From the human T2T-CHM13v2.0 reference genome, Homo sapiens: a DNA stretch of 64,000 nt. A program made the translations under genes and the position numbers. The notes under the pieces were generated by a model. It had not been told where the DNA came from, ran no database searches, and was given only the letters and a program-made list of their open reading frames with translations. This document shows, in pieces, positions 1 through 14,553 of this stretch. How positions within the stretch are numbered: position 1 is the first letter of the stretch; each line of letters opens with the position of its first letter. Where the stretch lies: the NCBI RefSeq assembly GCF_009914755.1, contig NC_060947.1; one strand, written 5' to 3'.

Positions 1-390
1 ACCAACCAGACAATTTTAGCAGCTTATAATAAGCATGTATTTAGCTAATGCGTCTCTGAACTAGCTGAGTTTTGGCTGATCTAGGCTTTTGTGGCTTGGG
101 CAGTTCTGTGGTTTGTTGCCCATGACTCTCATCTTCCTCGAACCAGTGGGCCAACTAGATGGTGGTGTTGAGGTGATGGTGAAGGCACAAGAGGGCAAGT
201 GGACATGTACAAGGCCTTTTAAAGCCTACACTTGGAACTGAAGTAATTTCTGCTCATATGTCATTGGCCAAGGTATATCACATGGCCAAAACCAAAGTTA
301 AGGGGCAGGGAAATAGTCTCTGCCCACAGTGAGGTCCTGCCAAGGGTATTGATTGGAGGTGGGGTGATGAATTGGAGGCAATCAATTAAT
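1..390 (-). mobile_element. Old MaLR LTR (MLT1H-K-like), partial
   Basis: MLT1-type motifs (CATTGGCCAAGG...CACATGGCCAAAACCAAAGTTAAGGGGCAGGGAAATAG); subfamily uncertain. Confidence 0.65.
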
Positions 391-1076
391 CCTGCACCCA
401 AAATTTGCCTAAGGTCAAAAAGCGATTGGCCCAATTAGGACACCAGAATTCGGGGCTCCTAACCCCCAAATCCACAGTTTCCCCATTAACCAAGCAGGCA
501 CTTAGTGGAACAAATAATAGATATATTTAAAATATCTCTTTGGAAAATGTAATTTATCAAGATGACAACACTGCACAACTGATTGCATTTATATTATCTG
601 GATTTACTATTTTCTGTCTATGTAATTATTAAGAGCCATTCATAGATTTCTATAATTATGATCTGCAAAGGCTTATGAAACCTTGACGCATGTTAAACTT
701 GGTACTGTTTTCATTCATTGTCAACCCAAGTTTCTCCAGCCTGTGAGTACTAAAGTGGTCATATTAAAAACAAAAGTCCAGATTTCGCCGGTTTTACAAA
801 ATCCCTTTCTGGCAGCTTGTAAGAAGCCTTCCCATTGTCTTCTCCTTGAATCCCTCAAGGGTATCTGCTACTTGGCGCTGCTGATCACCACAGCTAGCAC
901 CTCTGGGAGAGTGCTGATGTCCCAGGTACTCCAGAACTGTGAACCCTCTAGTCACCAAAGTTACATTATATTCCCTGCAGCCTTCATTCACTGTCCTCAG
1001 CAGAGCTATAGTACAATGCTGCTTGTGACCTGTGCATTCAGGATTTCTCACTAAAATGGGTTCCTCAGATTTTCTT

Positions 1077-1561
<485 letters not shown>

Positions 1562-2609
1562 TGACTAGAGATATTTATATCAAAGTTTACACCTGAACTA
1601 AGACCTTATCAGTATATTTTGTTTGAAGAATGAACTCTTAGATTAACATTAAAAATATTGTTGCCCAAAATGGAATTCAGCAAATGAGTGAGTCAGTCAC
1701 TCCCATTAAGAAAGAAAAATTAATGATGAATAGCTGATTTTAGTGACTTTCTCTGTAGTTCTTTTGATTTTTCTTTTTTAGAAATTATTACTTGAGGATT
1801 TTTAATGGGTTTCTAAAATGCAATTTATAGAAAACTTCTCAATTTCATGGGGCATAACTAAGTTGAATTAGAACATGGCAAATCCATTTAATTTTGCTGA
1901 GAATGTATTTAGAAACTGAATCTTCTGCTAAATGCTTCTGCCAAAGGCCATTTTTTTCTCTGCGCTGAAATACATTTTCAACATGGCTCTAAAGATGTGG
2001 ATGAAATGGCAATCCCAATTTCAGCTTTTCTTTTCAGTTTATATATCTGTACCTTATTTACCCTTGGGTAGAAAAACAAAATGGAAGAACCTCTTTAGCA
2101 AATACTTTCCTCATTAGGTAGCACATTGTAATGAGGGATCTGGCTTAGCCCCTCGCAAACATTTTAAGCCAAAAGCAAACATGAGCATTTCAAATGACCC
2201 TTCTGAAACTCATCTGTCTCAATGTTATAATTTTATGCTGAACTCTTTTGAAACTTACTATCTTCTCTCTATATTTACCAACCAAAGAGATAAAAACCCA
2301 AAGTATTGCTATTTTATAAACATAAAATTATGTTATATTAAATATGGTTTTTAAAACTATACATACCTCCGAGATATTCTGATTCGCCCTTGTACAAAAG
2401 CACTGCCCCCAGTCATTTTTATAAGTGCTGTTCTTCTAGACTCTACTGGTAAAGCATCTACTGTCTATCTCCCCATATCTACTTGGGCCTTACCATTTTA
2501 GTGGGCAGGCTTAATTTCTAACTGCCAATATGTCATCTCTTTTCCTGAGGATTTTCTGTGGCCACTGAAGCCCTCTCTATCCATGCACATGGAAGGCCAA
2601 AAGTGCCAG

Positions 2610-2930
2610 GAAATTACCATCTTCCTAGGAACAGTTCTCAACCAATGTCCAATGAAAGTTGACATATAAACACCCCCACTCCCTTCCCTCTCCAGTAGAA
2701 TAATTCTCAGACATTTGTTTATTTTATACTGACTCCCAGAGTTTCCCAGTGTGATTGAATTCTAGTTACTCACAGAGGAAATTTGCTTGATAATATAGCC
2801 TTTATTGGCCCTTTCCCTTCCCTGACGTGCTACCCTACTCACCTACCAGAACTTCCTAGATTATCTGCCAAATAAATTATTTGAAGTCAAATCTGTGTCT
2901 CAAGGTCAGCTTCTTTAGAAACTAAACTTA
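2610..2930 (+). mobile_element. ERVL LTR (LTR33-like)
   Basis: 3' end CCAAATAAATTATTTGAAGTCAAATCTGTGTCTCAAGGTCAGCTTCT resembles LTR33; a related copy lies at 37480-37740. Confidence 0.65.
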
Positions 2931-3095
2931 TTAATGGTATCAAGAAGACCATCATGCCCTGATACCAAGAAGTGGGCTGCTGCTGTAATAAATACCTAAA
3001 AATGTGGAAGCAGTTTTAGAACTGGGTAACGTGTAGATGCTGGAAGAGTTTTGAGGTGCATGCTAGAAAGAGCCAACATTGCCATGAATGAACTC

Positions 3096-3458
3096 TGTAT
3101 TAGTCTGTTCTCACACTGCTAATAAAGACATACCTTAGACTGGGTAATTTATAAAGAAAAAGAGGTTTAATGGACTCATGGTTCCACATGGCTGGGGAGG
3201 CCTCACGATCATGCCAGAAGACAAAGGAGGAGCAAAGCCGCGTCTTACATGGTGGCAGTCAAGAGAGCATGTGCAGGGGAACTGCCCTTTATAAAACCAT
3301 CAGATCTCATAAGACATATTCACTATCAAGAATAGCACAGGAAAAACCCACCCCCAGGATTCAATGACCTCCCACTGGGTCCCTCCCACAACACATGAAG
3401 ATTATGGGAGCTACAATTCAAGATGAGATTTTGGTGGGGACACAGCCAAACCATATCA
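3096..3458 (-). mobile_element. THE1 solo LTR
   Basis: TGTATTAGTCTGTTCTCAC...CCAAACCATATCA termini; near-perfect 5-bp TSD AACTC/AACTT. Confidence 0.92.
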
Positions 3459-4170
3459 AACTTTTAAAGATAATTCTGCTGAGGGATCAGAAAAAAAAAA
3501 ATGAGTAGAGCTGTAGAGAAAGCCTCAGTCTTCTTAGAAAATACCTAAATGGTTATAAACATAATATTGGTAGAAATATCAACAGTAAAGGCTATTTTGA
3601 TATGGTTTCAGATGGAAATACAGAACACGTTATTGGAAACTGGAGAAAAGGCAAACCTTGTTATAAAGTGGCAAACACCTTGGCTGAATTACATTGTGGG
3701 CTCTGCTCCCTGTGCTCTACTGCCACCTTCCTCAGTTGCCCTAGGTGTGGCTTGAGTGGGTGCAACAAACTGTGTTGCACCCAAAAAAGCCGTGGGAACA
3801 GAGCTTCCTGGAGTCTTGCAGGTCCAACTGATGCCCAGCAAAGCTGCAGAGGCAGGACCTCCAGCCCAGTGCGTCGGGAAAATGGGCCTTTTTCTCCAGT
3901 GTGTCCGTAAGTTGGGACCTTCACCCTGGTGGATCTGGAAGGCAAAGCATTGAGGCAAAGAAGATTATTCTCAAGCCTTAAGGTTTTGGACTCGCTCAGG
4001 ACATGGTACTCCTTTCTTCTTTTCTATTCCTGTTTTGGAATGGGAATGTCTGCCCTGTGCCTATCTCACCATTGTATTTCGGAAGCACATAACTTGTTTG
4101 ATAACACAGGCTCACTGTTGAAGAGGAATTTACCTTAAATCTCACCCATATCTGATTTAGATTATATTTA

Positions 4171-4489
4171 TGTTGGTTTTTGTTTGTTTGTTTTTATTTT
4201 GTTTGTTTGTTTTGAGACAGAGTCTCACTCTGTAGTCCATGCTGGAGTGAAGTGGTGTGATCTTGGCTGACTGCAACCTCCGCCTCCTGGGGCAATTCTC
4301 GTGTCGCAGTTTCCCAAGTAGCTGGGGTTACAGGTGTGTGCCACCATGCCTGACTAATTTTTGTATTTTTAGTAGAGATGGGGTTTCGCCATGTTGGCCA
4401 GGCTGGTCTCAAACTCCTGGCCTCAAGTGATCCACCTGCCCGGCTTCCCAAAGTGTTGGGATTACAGGCATGAGCCACTGTGCCCAGCC
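4171..4489 (-). mobile_element. Alu (J/S) with TTTG-type tail
   Basis: Alu dimer; TSD GATTATATTTA on both sides. Confidence 0.95.
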
Positions 4490-4629
4490 TGGATTATATT
4501 TAGGTGAGACTTTGGACTTAGGCTTGTGAGTTGATGCTATAATGAGTTAATACTCTGGGGGCTATTGGAATAGGATGAATGCATTTTTGCATTTGAGAAG
4601 GGAATGAATTTTGAGGGCCAGGAGCAGAA

Positions 4630-4974
4630 TGCTATAGCATGAATATTTATACCTCCACCCCCAAATTTATATTTTGACATTTTAACCCCTAGCATGATGG
4701 TATAAGGAAATGGGGACTTTGGGGAGGTGATAGGGTCATGAGGGCAGAGCCTTCATGAATGGGATTAGTGTCATTTTAAAAGAGACTCCAGAGAACTTGT
4801 TCACCCCTTCCATTATGTGAAATTACAGTGAGAAAATGGTTATCTATGAATGAGAAAATGAGCTGTCACCAGATGCCAAATCTGTAGACACCTTGATCTT
4901 GAACTTTCCAGCCTGTATTTTGTATAGTAGCTAGTTTAAGGTATTTTGTATAGTAGCTTGAAAAGACTAGGACA
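4630..4974 (+). mobile_element. MaLR LTR (MLT1A/MSTD-like)
   Basis: TGCTATAG...GGTCATGAGGGCAGAGCCTTCATGAATGGGATTAGTG...GACTAGGACA termini. Confidence 0.85.
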
Positions 4975-5667
4975 GGTGTTATACCTATTCTTCAAGAATC
5001 TTCAATGTCTAAAGTAAATTTTGTCTCTTCTGTCCAAGAAGTTTTTCTTTCTCGCCCTTAAGATATAATTTCTCATGCCTGGGAACTCTCTAGATGTATT
5101 ATACAACTCTTGGGGTGATTTAGCTCATATTTCCTCTTATCTTCTGTTCTCCCCTAATACATAGAAAGTTTCCATATGGTAAAGACCATTTCTTATATAT
5201 GTTTACATGCACTGCATTGTTATTACCTTGAGTAGGTCAGTGGAATGAGTGGGTGAAAGGAAGGATGGATGCATTGATAGATGAATAGCTGGATAATAAA
5301 TTGATGGATGGGTGGAAAGATGGATGCATGGATGGAGGACAGATGAATAATAGACGAAGAAGTACATGGATGAGTGAGTGGATGTGTGAATAAATGTAAT
5401 AGCAGTTTAAAAAGTCATTTTTCCGTGATACTTTAGTTCCTTATAGGCATAAATTACCCAAGAGTCGCATTCAATTAATAGTCATTTTACCATTCCATGC
5501 CTTATTAGAACTTTAACATCCCTTCTCATCATATCATGAATTAGAACAAAATTTATCTTATTCACCAGTAAGATGTATTTCTCCCAGTCAAATTTATTAA
5601 TACACATAAACCTCCTTATCAAATAATTTGTTTTGTCTGTCCAAAAAAAGAGTACTGATTATGGCTT

Positions 5668-6431
<764 letters not shown>

Positions 6432-7304
6432 GGCATATAATTTTTATTATATATATTTTATATATTTATATATTTTATATTTATTTATTATTTAGTCACA
6501 TAAATACAGTGTGCTTATAGAGAAAAAAACAAACTTTCCCATAAAAGATGGGAAAAGCTAATTTTATACAAATGTGGCTCAAAAGACCACAATGGAGTTG
6601 GCTGAATATCAAGTGCAAAATTTGACAATGATACTGGGAAAAAGAGCTACTGTTTATTGAATATTTCTACGTGTCATTTAATTTTCACAACTACCTTGTG
6701 AGTTAGAGATTATTTCTACTTTATAAATAATAAGATGATATCATTTATAGATAAAGAAATATAAATACATAGAGATTCTGAATCTTGCTGAAAGTCACAC
6801 ATGGGGAAACCAAGATTGACAGTTGCAGTATTGTTGCCAATTCAACATAGTTCAGACTTGTGCTTTTTCCTCCTTTTCTTGGGATGCACACATGGCCACC
6901 ACCAAGGAGGAAGAACTAGGAAGTAATTACATTGTTCCTATACCAAAGCTTTAAACAGAGAAAAATTGGAGTAAGTGTGTCCCCACTCCCCAGTCCACAG
7001 GCCCTAATAACATCAACAGCTTGAAGCTAGAAGTCATAACTATCTCAGTTTTCCACTTTGCAAATCAGGGACTAGAAAGGAGAGGAGACTGAGGAGAGAG
7101 GAAAATAAAGGGAATGGAAGAGAAGAGGGCTCTGGGAAATCTCAGGATTAACTTTAACAAAGGCAAAACCAGAGTCTTTCCTTCTTACTCTTTCTCCTGC
7201 CGGGCCTATTGACTATTAATCAGATTTAACTGCAAGTCATTCACTTCTTAAGAAGAGGTGTCTAGGAAAAGAAAAGAACATGGCCTGCTGTTTTCAGATA
7301 CAGC

Positions 7305-7525
7305 ATATTCCATAGCATTGTACTTAAGAGATAGGCTGAGTTTGCATCCCAGCCCTATTCCGTTTTAGATATGTGACTTTTAACCTCTCTGTACCTCTGA
7401 TGCCTCATCTGTGAAATGGATGCAATTATACTACCTACTTCATTGTGTTGCTGTAAGGATCAAATAAATAATTCACATGTAGCTTTAAGCCAAGACCTGT
7501 CATTAATATTCAGTAGATGTCAATA
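7305..7525 (+). mobile_element. MIR
   Basis: Core TAACCTCTCTGTACCTCTGATGCCTCATCTGTGAAATGG. Confidence 0.8.
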
Positions 7526-7736
7526 GTGATAATAATGATCATGATGGAAAAAAAAGATCACGATGGTGGTTGTGATGCGATGGGACAATTTTGTCTGAAG
7601 AACTCTAGGAAGGCTTTGTAGAAGAGTGACATTTCAGCTTGGCATAAAACAATGAGAAGCTTGCCAGCTGAAGGAGAGAGTGAAGAATATTTAGGGCATT
7701 TCAAGCAGCATGTGAGAAAAAATTATAGGGCAGTAA

Positions 7737-8170
<434 letters not shown>

Positions 8171-8243
8171 TAAAGGGGAATATTAACTTGAGAATCACCT
8201 TCATGGAAGAGGCTATTGAAAACACGAATGTTTTACCTTAATA

Positions 8244-8612
8244 GAGATGCTCTTTAACTTACTATGGGGTTACTTCCTGATAAACCCATCTTAAGTTGAA
8301 AATATCATTAAGTGAAAAATACATTAAATACTCCTAGCTTACTGAACATCATAGCTTTAGTCTAGCCTATCTTGAACGTGCTCAGAACACTTTCATTAGC
8401 CTATAGCTGGGAAAAATCATCTAACACAAAGCCTATTTTATAACAAAGTGTCGAGTAGCTCATGTAATTTATTGAATATCATGCTGAAAGTTAAAAAGAG
8501 AATGGCTGTATAGGTACTGGAGGTGTGGTTTCTACTGAACGCATATTGTTTTTGCAGCATCGTAAAGTAAAAAAGTTGTTAAGTCGAACCATCTTAAGTC
8601 AGGGATCATCTG
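8244..8612 (+). mobile_element. MER47A-like Tigger non-autonomous DNA transposon
   Basis: TIR-like ends GAGATGCTCTTTAACTTACTATGG / CCATCTTAAGTCAGGGATCATCTG, flanked by TA. Confidence 0.85.
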
Positions 8613-8741
8613 TACTGAGAGACCTCACATACAAGAAAGACAAGGGAGGAGCAAAGACATTGTTCAAATGATTGGCCTTGAAATTTGATTATTTTCCTCC
8701 ACCTTCAATGTTAGAAGTATCAGCAAAGTAGATTTTATTCC

Positions 8742-9163
8742 TGTGCCAGGTAGGTCCTCCCTGGAAAGCAGAAACTGAATTAGAATTAGGTAAGAAAGCG
8801 GTATGTTGCACAGGTGATAACTGTGAAAGATAAAAGGGTTATGAAGCAGATTTGGCTAGGGAGAGCCTTGGACAACGAAGCAGCTCTGACAAAGTCTCCA
8901 CCAACCCAATGGGAAGCTCTGTAGCAAAGATTGCCCATTAGAAGAGTCTCCCGTTGGGCAGAAATGACCAGGTTGTAGGTCTTCTGCCATGCTGAGTCTT
9001 TGGCTGAGGGCTGCCTTGGAAGAGCATGGCTTCAGCTAGAGAGTTCAGGTGGATTTAAAAGGCACTGACTAGCTGGAGGTTCTTAGCAAACTGTACTCTT
9101 TGCTGCTAACAACGTGTTTTTTCTTGATGGGAGATCTGAGTGGTGCATCTTTGTGGATGCCAT
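8742..9163 (-). mobile_element. LTR16A-like ERVL LTR
   Basis: Similar in reverse to the LTR at 45748-46311 (GGGAGATCTGAGTGGTGCATCT vs AGATGTGCTGCTCAGACCTCCC). Confidence 0.75.
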
Positions 9164-9303
9164 AGTTCTTCTGATGAAATGTCTCTTTAGAGAGCTTTAT
9201 GGCCGGCGGGGTGGAAGGAGAGAAATATGTAAACTATCAGGAGACCTGGTTTCCGACCATCACTCAACATTAGTTTACTGTAACAGTCTCTTTCTCTCTT
9301 TTT

Positions 9304-9750
9304 AGTGGCTTGACACAACAATGATTTATTTAGCTTTCAATTCTGTGAGTCAGAAATTTGGGTTGGACTTAGGTGGTGGTTCTCAGTGAGTCTCAGTTGG
9401 ACCCATTCATGCATCTATAGTTAGTGATTGGGATAGCTGAGGGACGTTTGGTGTTTATAACCTCAGATGTGATCGCTTGCTATTACTTCATGTGGCCTCT
9501 CATCCTCCAGCAGGCTAGCCTGTGTTCAACCACAAGGTGGTGGCAAAATTAAGCATGCTAGGATTCTTGAGACCTAGGTTATAGCTGGCACAAGGCTATT
9601 TCTAGTGCATTTTTCTGGGGAAAAAATGTCATAAAGGCCAGAATAAATAGAGAGTTAGTCTCTACATTTTAATGGGAAGAGCATCAAGGTCTTATTTCAA
9701 GCAAGTGTGGATACAGTGATGCAGAATGTGTGTACATTTTCACAATTTGT
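9304..9750 (-). mobile_element. MLT1 (F-H-like) LTR
   Basis: AGTGGCTTGACACAACAATGATTTATT...TCTGTGAGTCAGAAATTTGGG...CTCATCCTCCAGCAGGCTAGCC. Confidence 0.7.
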
Positions 9751-10041
9751 CATACTCTATAAGAGAAGTATTAAAATTAGGTTTATGTGAAGATAAATAA
9801 GACAAGGTCTTTGCATTCCAGAAGCTCTATAATATGATTAAAAGATATTGCATGTCGTAGAAACTGGGATGACAAAAATGCAATAAGAATGTAGATAAAA
9901 ATAAATATTGTACTGTGACAGTCTCTTAACCTCTGTGCATCTCAGTTTTCTCAGCTATGAAGGGGTGGGGGAATCTATTTGAAATTTTAAAAATATCTGA
10001 TTTCAGATAGCAAAAATTCTTATTCAGAAATTGCATGGAAC

Positions 10042-10275
10042 TAGAATGGTATTAAGAGCATGAAATCTGTGCCAGATTGCCTGAGTTTGAAACCAGGCTT
10101 TAGCATTGACTAATTGTGTCATCTTGGGTGAATTATAAAACCTCGCTGGAGCTTGGTTTCCTCATTCTTAAAATGGGATTAATAATAGTACCTTCCTAAT
10201 AGGGTTCAAAATCTAAAGAGCTATAAAGCATTTAGAATAGTGCCTGGCACATAGTGAATACTCAGCAAATGCTAA
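10042..10275 (+). mobile_element. MIR (near full length)
   Basis: GGTTTCCTCATTCTTAAAATGGGATTAATAATAGTACC...GTGCCTGGCACATAGTGAATACTCAG. Confidence 0.88.
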
Positions 10276-11677
10276 TTCTAACTCCTACCCTTCTACAAAT
10301 ACATGTTCTCACATACAAACACTCTTGAATAAACCTGGATTTTGGAGTGAGAATTTAAGGGGTGAATGTGCCCATGTTAGGTTTGGCAGTAGCTATATCT
10401 AAGGAAAAACTTTGGTACTACTTTTCGTGTGTCCTAGTTTCTGAGAAAGGGTAAAAAGCATTTTTCTTCCAGAGTACAGTTTATGTTGCTTCTGGATTGC
10501 CTAGTAACAAAAGCCTCTCCTCATTCTTTTTCTGCTCTGATTGTTTTTACCTCAACAATTTAATTGAAAGTTAAAAAAAATTATTGAGTTCTGCCTCCCC
10601 GACCAGTTGAAGTCACTGAATCTCAATCAAAATGCTTCAGAAACCTATAAACATCATAGCCTGTTGTAACCTACTCAGAGTTATTAACTTTCTATTTTTT
10701 AAAAAATTTTTGTATGCTTGGCAACCAGGCTTTCTTTGCTATGGACATAATGAGGCTTCACCCTTAAGTCAGCCTTATAGCCTGGGGGGTCTGGTCAATC
10801 TCTTTTCAAAGGCAGTATTTCCACACTTTTAGGCCTTTGATTAAGGAAATCAAATGTGTGTTGGTAAGTTCTTCTCATGGTACAAAACCCAAAGAGGAAG
10901 ACTATTATTAATCATAATCATCAGAAGGAGAGTTTACAAGTGAAGGAAGAGGAATGAACACTTTTGGATGACTAGAGTGAAGTCTCTAATTCCAACATAG
11001 CAAATTAGCTCTTCATTTTGAAAGGTGGCACTTCACTGCTGGTGAAGGGATATAGAAGTGGGGTTAGGACAGGGAGTGGGGTGCACTAGAAGGAGATGAA
11101 ATACAACTTAGCAAGCCTTGCTCTAATCCTGTGAGAAGCCTCTTTGCCATGGGATCAGAAATGGGGGCATTTTCATTATTGCTAAGAGTCACCCTGAAGC
11201 CTAGCAGTGTTTTCAGTAAAACATTGCATAATTTGCTTCATGTTTCCATGAGGATGTTTTATCTTGTTTATTGAAAGAGGAAGTACAGTTGAGGACCTGT
11301 CATCATTAGGAACTAGTGAGTTTCTGCTTTTCTCTATTCCACATCTTAAATTATTTTGATATTAAAGAAATGTGACTATAGACATGAGACAGGAACTGAG
11401 CATCCTGTTTATTTCTCTAGAGGCGAAAAAAAAAAAAAAACCCAAAAACAAAAAACACAAGATACCGTTGCCGAGAAAGAAATAGAAACCACAGCTGCTG
11501 GATTCTCCTTATTGGTTTTTTTCCACCAGTCTTTCAGCTCCCTAATTCTTTATCCCTAGTTTCTACTTGTTTCAGTGCACTTTTTTCTTCATTTTCCTAT
11601 TTGTCCATTTCACCTCCCAGGAGAACTCTGAGTCATAACTATCCCTCTAGTTCTCTCCCTTGTCCCCTGAGAGATGA

Positions 11678-11850
11678 TGTGGTCTAGTGGTTACGCACCC
11701 AATTACAGAAACACGCTTCTTAACCATGTAACTGCAGGCGAGGTGCTTGCCCTTTCTATGCCTCATTTTCTCATCTGTAAAAGGAATGTAAATAGTCCTA
11801 TATCATAGGGTGGTTGTAAGGATTCCATGAGAGAACACACGTAAAGCATC
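11678..11850 (+). mobile_element. MIR
   Basis: TTTCTCATCTGTAAAAGG...CATAGGGTGGTTGTAAGGATT. Confidence 0.8.
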
Positions 11851-12555
11851 TGGAATCAATATTGGCTCTATTATTATATCCTCTGTCCTCACCCCTTTCC
11901 ACAGATCCTGTAATACTCATTATCTATCTGGATATATATTTGGTTGCTGTGGGACACTAGCAGAATTTAAAATACACTAATATGCCCACGGGGAGGAATG
12001 AGGAAAGATTGGGGTGGTCAGTAAAAACAGCAAATCAGTCTACTTCCCTACTGCGTCGAAGAGTCATTTTCCTGCACTGACAATCCACTAGCTACTCTGA
12101 AACAAATTCCATTCTAAGTCATGTGCATTTCATGGCACTTCAATCTTGGACCTCCAGGTTGATTGATGTGGAGGAGAGGAAATGCATATCTGAATGGCTG
12201 GAATGATACTACCACCCTTTCAGGGAAGAGTTTCACTTTGCACCACCCAGCCAAGACCTCAAAGATATGTGAATAGTTACTTTGTTGGCATTATTAACCA
12301 TGTTAATAATTAATTACATTTATTAGACGTTGTAAAAACTTTTTATAGTGCAGAATTTAAAATATATACAAAAATAGACAGATGCATAACATGGGCACCC
12401 ACATACTTTTCACCTGTCTTCAGCAAGTATCAACTCAGGGCCAATCCTGTTTCATTTTTGTCCCTACCCACTTCTCTACTTTCCATATGATTTTGAAGCA
12501 AATCCTGGCTATCATGTCATTTTATCCATAAATATTTCAGCAAGTTTTCCTGAAA

Positions 12556-12745
12556 CAGAATCAGCAAACTCTGGCCTGTGGGCTAACCTCCTATTTTGCA
12601 AATAAAGTTTATTAGAACAAAGTCACACCCATTCATTTACCTACTGTCTATTGGCTGCTTTCCCAGCAGGGACAGGCACACTGTGGTCCACAAAGCCTAA
12701 AATATTTACTATTTGGCCCCTTAAGAAAAAGCATGCTCACCCGTG
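12556..12745 (-). mobile_element. MER58A-like hAT-Charlie MITE, nested in an old L1 fragment
   Basis: AATAAAGTTTTATTAGAACA...CACAAAGCCTAAAATATTTACTATTTGGCCC. Confidence 0.82.
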
Positions 12746-12944
12746 CTTTAAAAGATAAGGACTTTTAAAAACACAACTACAATATGGTTATCACACCTAA
12801 AAAATGTGATAATTTACTACAAAGTCACTTAAAATTGTTTAGGACCTTACATCTTTTTAAATGCCTTCGTATGTGTTATCTCATTTGAATCTTGCAACAA
12901 TCTCTGTGAGCTAAGAAGGAGAACCCTAGTGTCATTTAAATCCC

Positions 12945-13087
12945 TTTTATATATATGAAAAAATGGAAGAGTAGAGTTTAAAAGTAACTTCATCAAAGGC
13001 AGGCAGCTAATAAGCAATTTGAATAGAATTCAGCCTCGGATACCTTGTTGTGGGGCAATCAGATGCTTAAATTCTGCAGTTTGTGAA
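12945..13087 (+). repeat. Local direct repeat, copy 1 (~143 bp; MIR remnant plus flank)
   Basis: Nearly identical to 13696-13836. Confidence 0.95.
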
Positions 13088-13695
13088 TGATAAATTCCCT
13101 GTGTATTTCTCAGCTGTTCCATTTCAAGAGTATTTGACTTGAAGAACTTGGTATGGGATATATATTTCAGACATGACTTGGAGTTAATTTAAGGTGAGCC
13201 TCCTTCAAGCAGTAAAAATAACAGGGTTTTTATATTGAGTGAGAGTTCCCATGGAACCACTCTGAGTTTGAAGTGCCATAGTGGCGCTTGGAGAAAAATC
13301 TACGGATAAGCCTGTTTTCTAGCATCTTCCTTAGAGAAGAACATGGTGTGTTATTTTACGACCAAAGACAAAAGGTGAAATGTGAGGTTTGGATTCATTT
13401 TAGTTGCATGAGCACCCATAGTCTGGGGGTGCATCCCGGCCATTTTGTCCCATAAAGCTGGCTGGAAACAAAAATAAAAGCCAGACTGCTCATGAGAAAC
13501 CTGATGGCATTTTTATTGGTTTGCCCATGAGATGATAACACCTTTGAGAAGAGAATCCAAGAGAGCATATAAAAGTGGAAAATAGTCACAGAAAGTCCAA
13601 TCATACTTTGGAAACTCTAAGAACATTAGTTTCCATTTTTATATGACCAGAAACCTACTGTACAATCAAAGGTCCTTGCTGAAGCAGGTTCCAGA

Positions 13696-13836
13696 TTTTA
13701 TATATGAAAAAAATGGAAGCATAGAGTTTAAAAGTAACTTCATCAAAGGCAGGCAGCTAATAAGCAGTTTGAATAGAATTCAGCCTCTGATATCTTGTGG
13801 TGGGGAATCAGAAGCTTAAATTCTGCAGTATGTGAA
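13696..13836 (+). repeat. Local direct repeat, copy 2, flanked by a 17-bp duplication
   Basis: TGCTGAAGCAGGTTCCA at 13677-13693 and TGCTGGAGCAGGTTCCA at 13841-13857. Confidence 0.95.
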
Positions 13837-14029
13837 ATTCTGCTGGAGCAGGTTCCATTGTTTAAAAACAATGCTGGTTTCTGTTACAAAATAGCTTTCT
13901 TTCAATACATTGAAAACATTCTTCCTAGTTAGGCAATTAGCTACTTGAGGGCAGGAACCATTGTTTGCTAATTTTTGTATTTCTGGGACCTAGAGCTTGG
14001 GCTGGCTGGGAAAGGAACTTAATATAAAT

Positions 14030-14313
14030 GGCTGGGCGTGGTGGCTCACGCCTGTAATCCCTGCACTTTGGGAGGCCGAGGCAGATGGCTCACGAAGTCA
14101 GGAGATCGAGACCATCCTGGCCAACATGGTGAAACTCCATCTCTACTAAAATGCAAAAAAAAAAAAAAAAAAAAAAAAAAATTAGCTGGGCCTGTTGGCA
14201 CACACCTGTAGTACCAGCTACTCGGGAGGCTGAGGCAGAGGAATCGCTTGGGTTGCAGTGAGCCGAGATCGTGCCACTGCACTCCAGCCTGGCAACAGAG
14301 TGAGACTTTGTCT

Positions 14314-14345
<32 letters not shown>
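14030..14345 (+). mobile_element. AluSc-like, with expanded central A-tract
   Basis: GGCTGGGCGTGGTGGCTCACGCC...; A27 linker at 14155-14181; long A tail. Confidence 0.95.
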
Positions 14346-14347
<2 letters not shown>

Positions 14348-14553
14348 ATGGTGTCAAATGGCTACAAAATGTCAACATTATTACTTATTTAGCTGTGAGT
14401 AAAATCATACTTTTAGCAATGAAAAAAAATCTATCACCCCAAATACAACTTTACAGTGGAGAAATCCTAGCAGATACCACCTTAATCAACCTCACCACTG
14501 ATAACCTCAGGTTAACCTCACCACCGATAAATCATATGGATAATCGTGTACCC

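Larger units (their letters stand above)
2935..4629 (+). mobile_element. MaLR internal sequence (MLT1A/MST-int-like), interrupted by a THE1 LTR and an Alu
   Basis: ATACCTAAAAATGTGGAAGCAG...GAACTGGGTAA start motif and GGAAACTGGAGAAAAGG; purine-rich GGGCCAGGAGCAGAA immediately before the 3' LTR. Confidence 0.75.

Noticed and set aside
683-1054. 123-aa ORF in unique sequence
   Set aside because: TTG start, no domain resemblance, no splice or poly(A) support.
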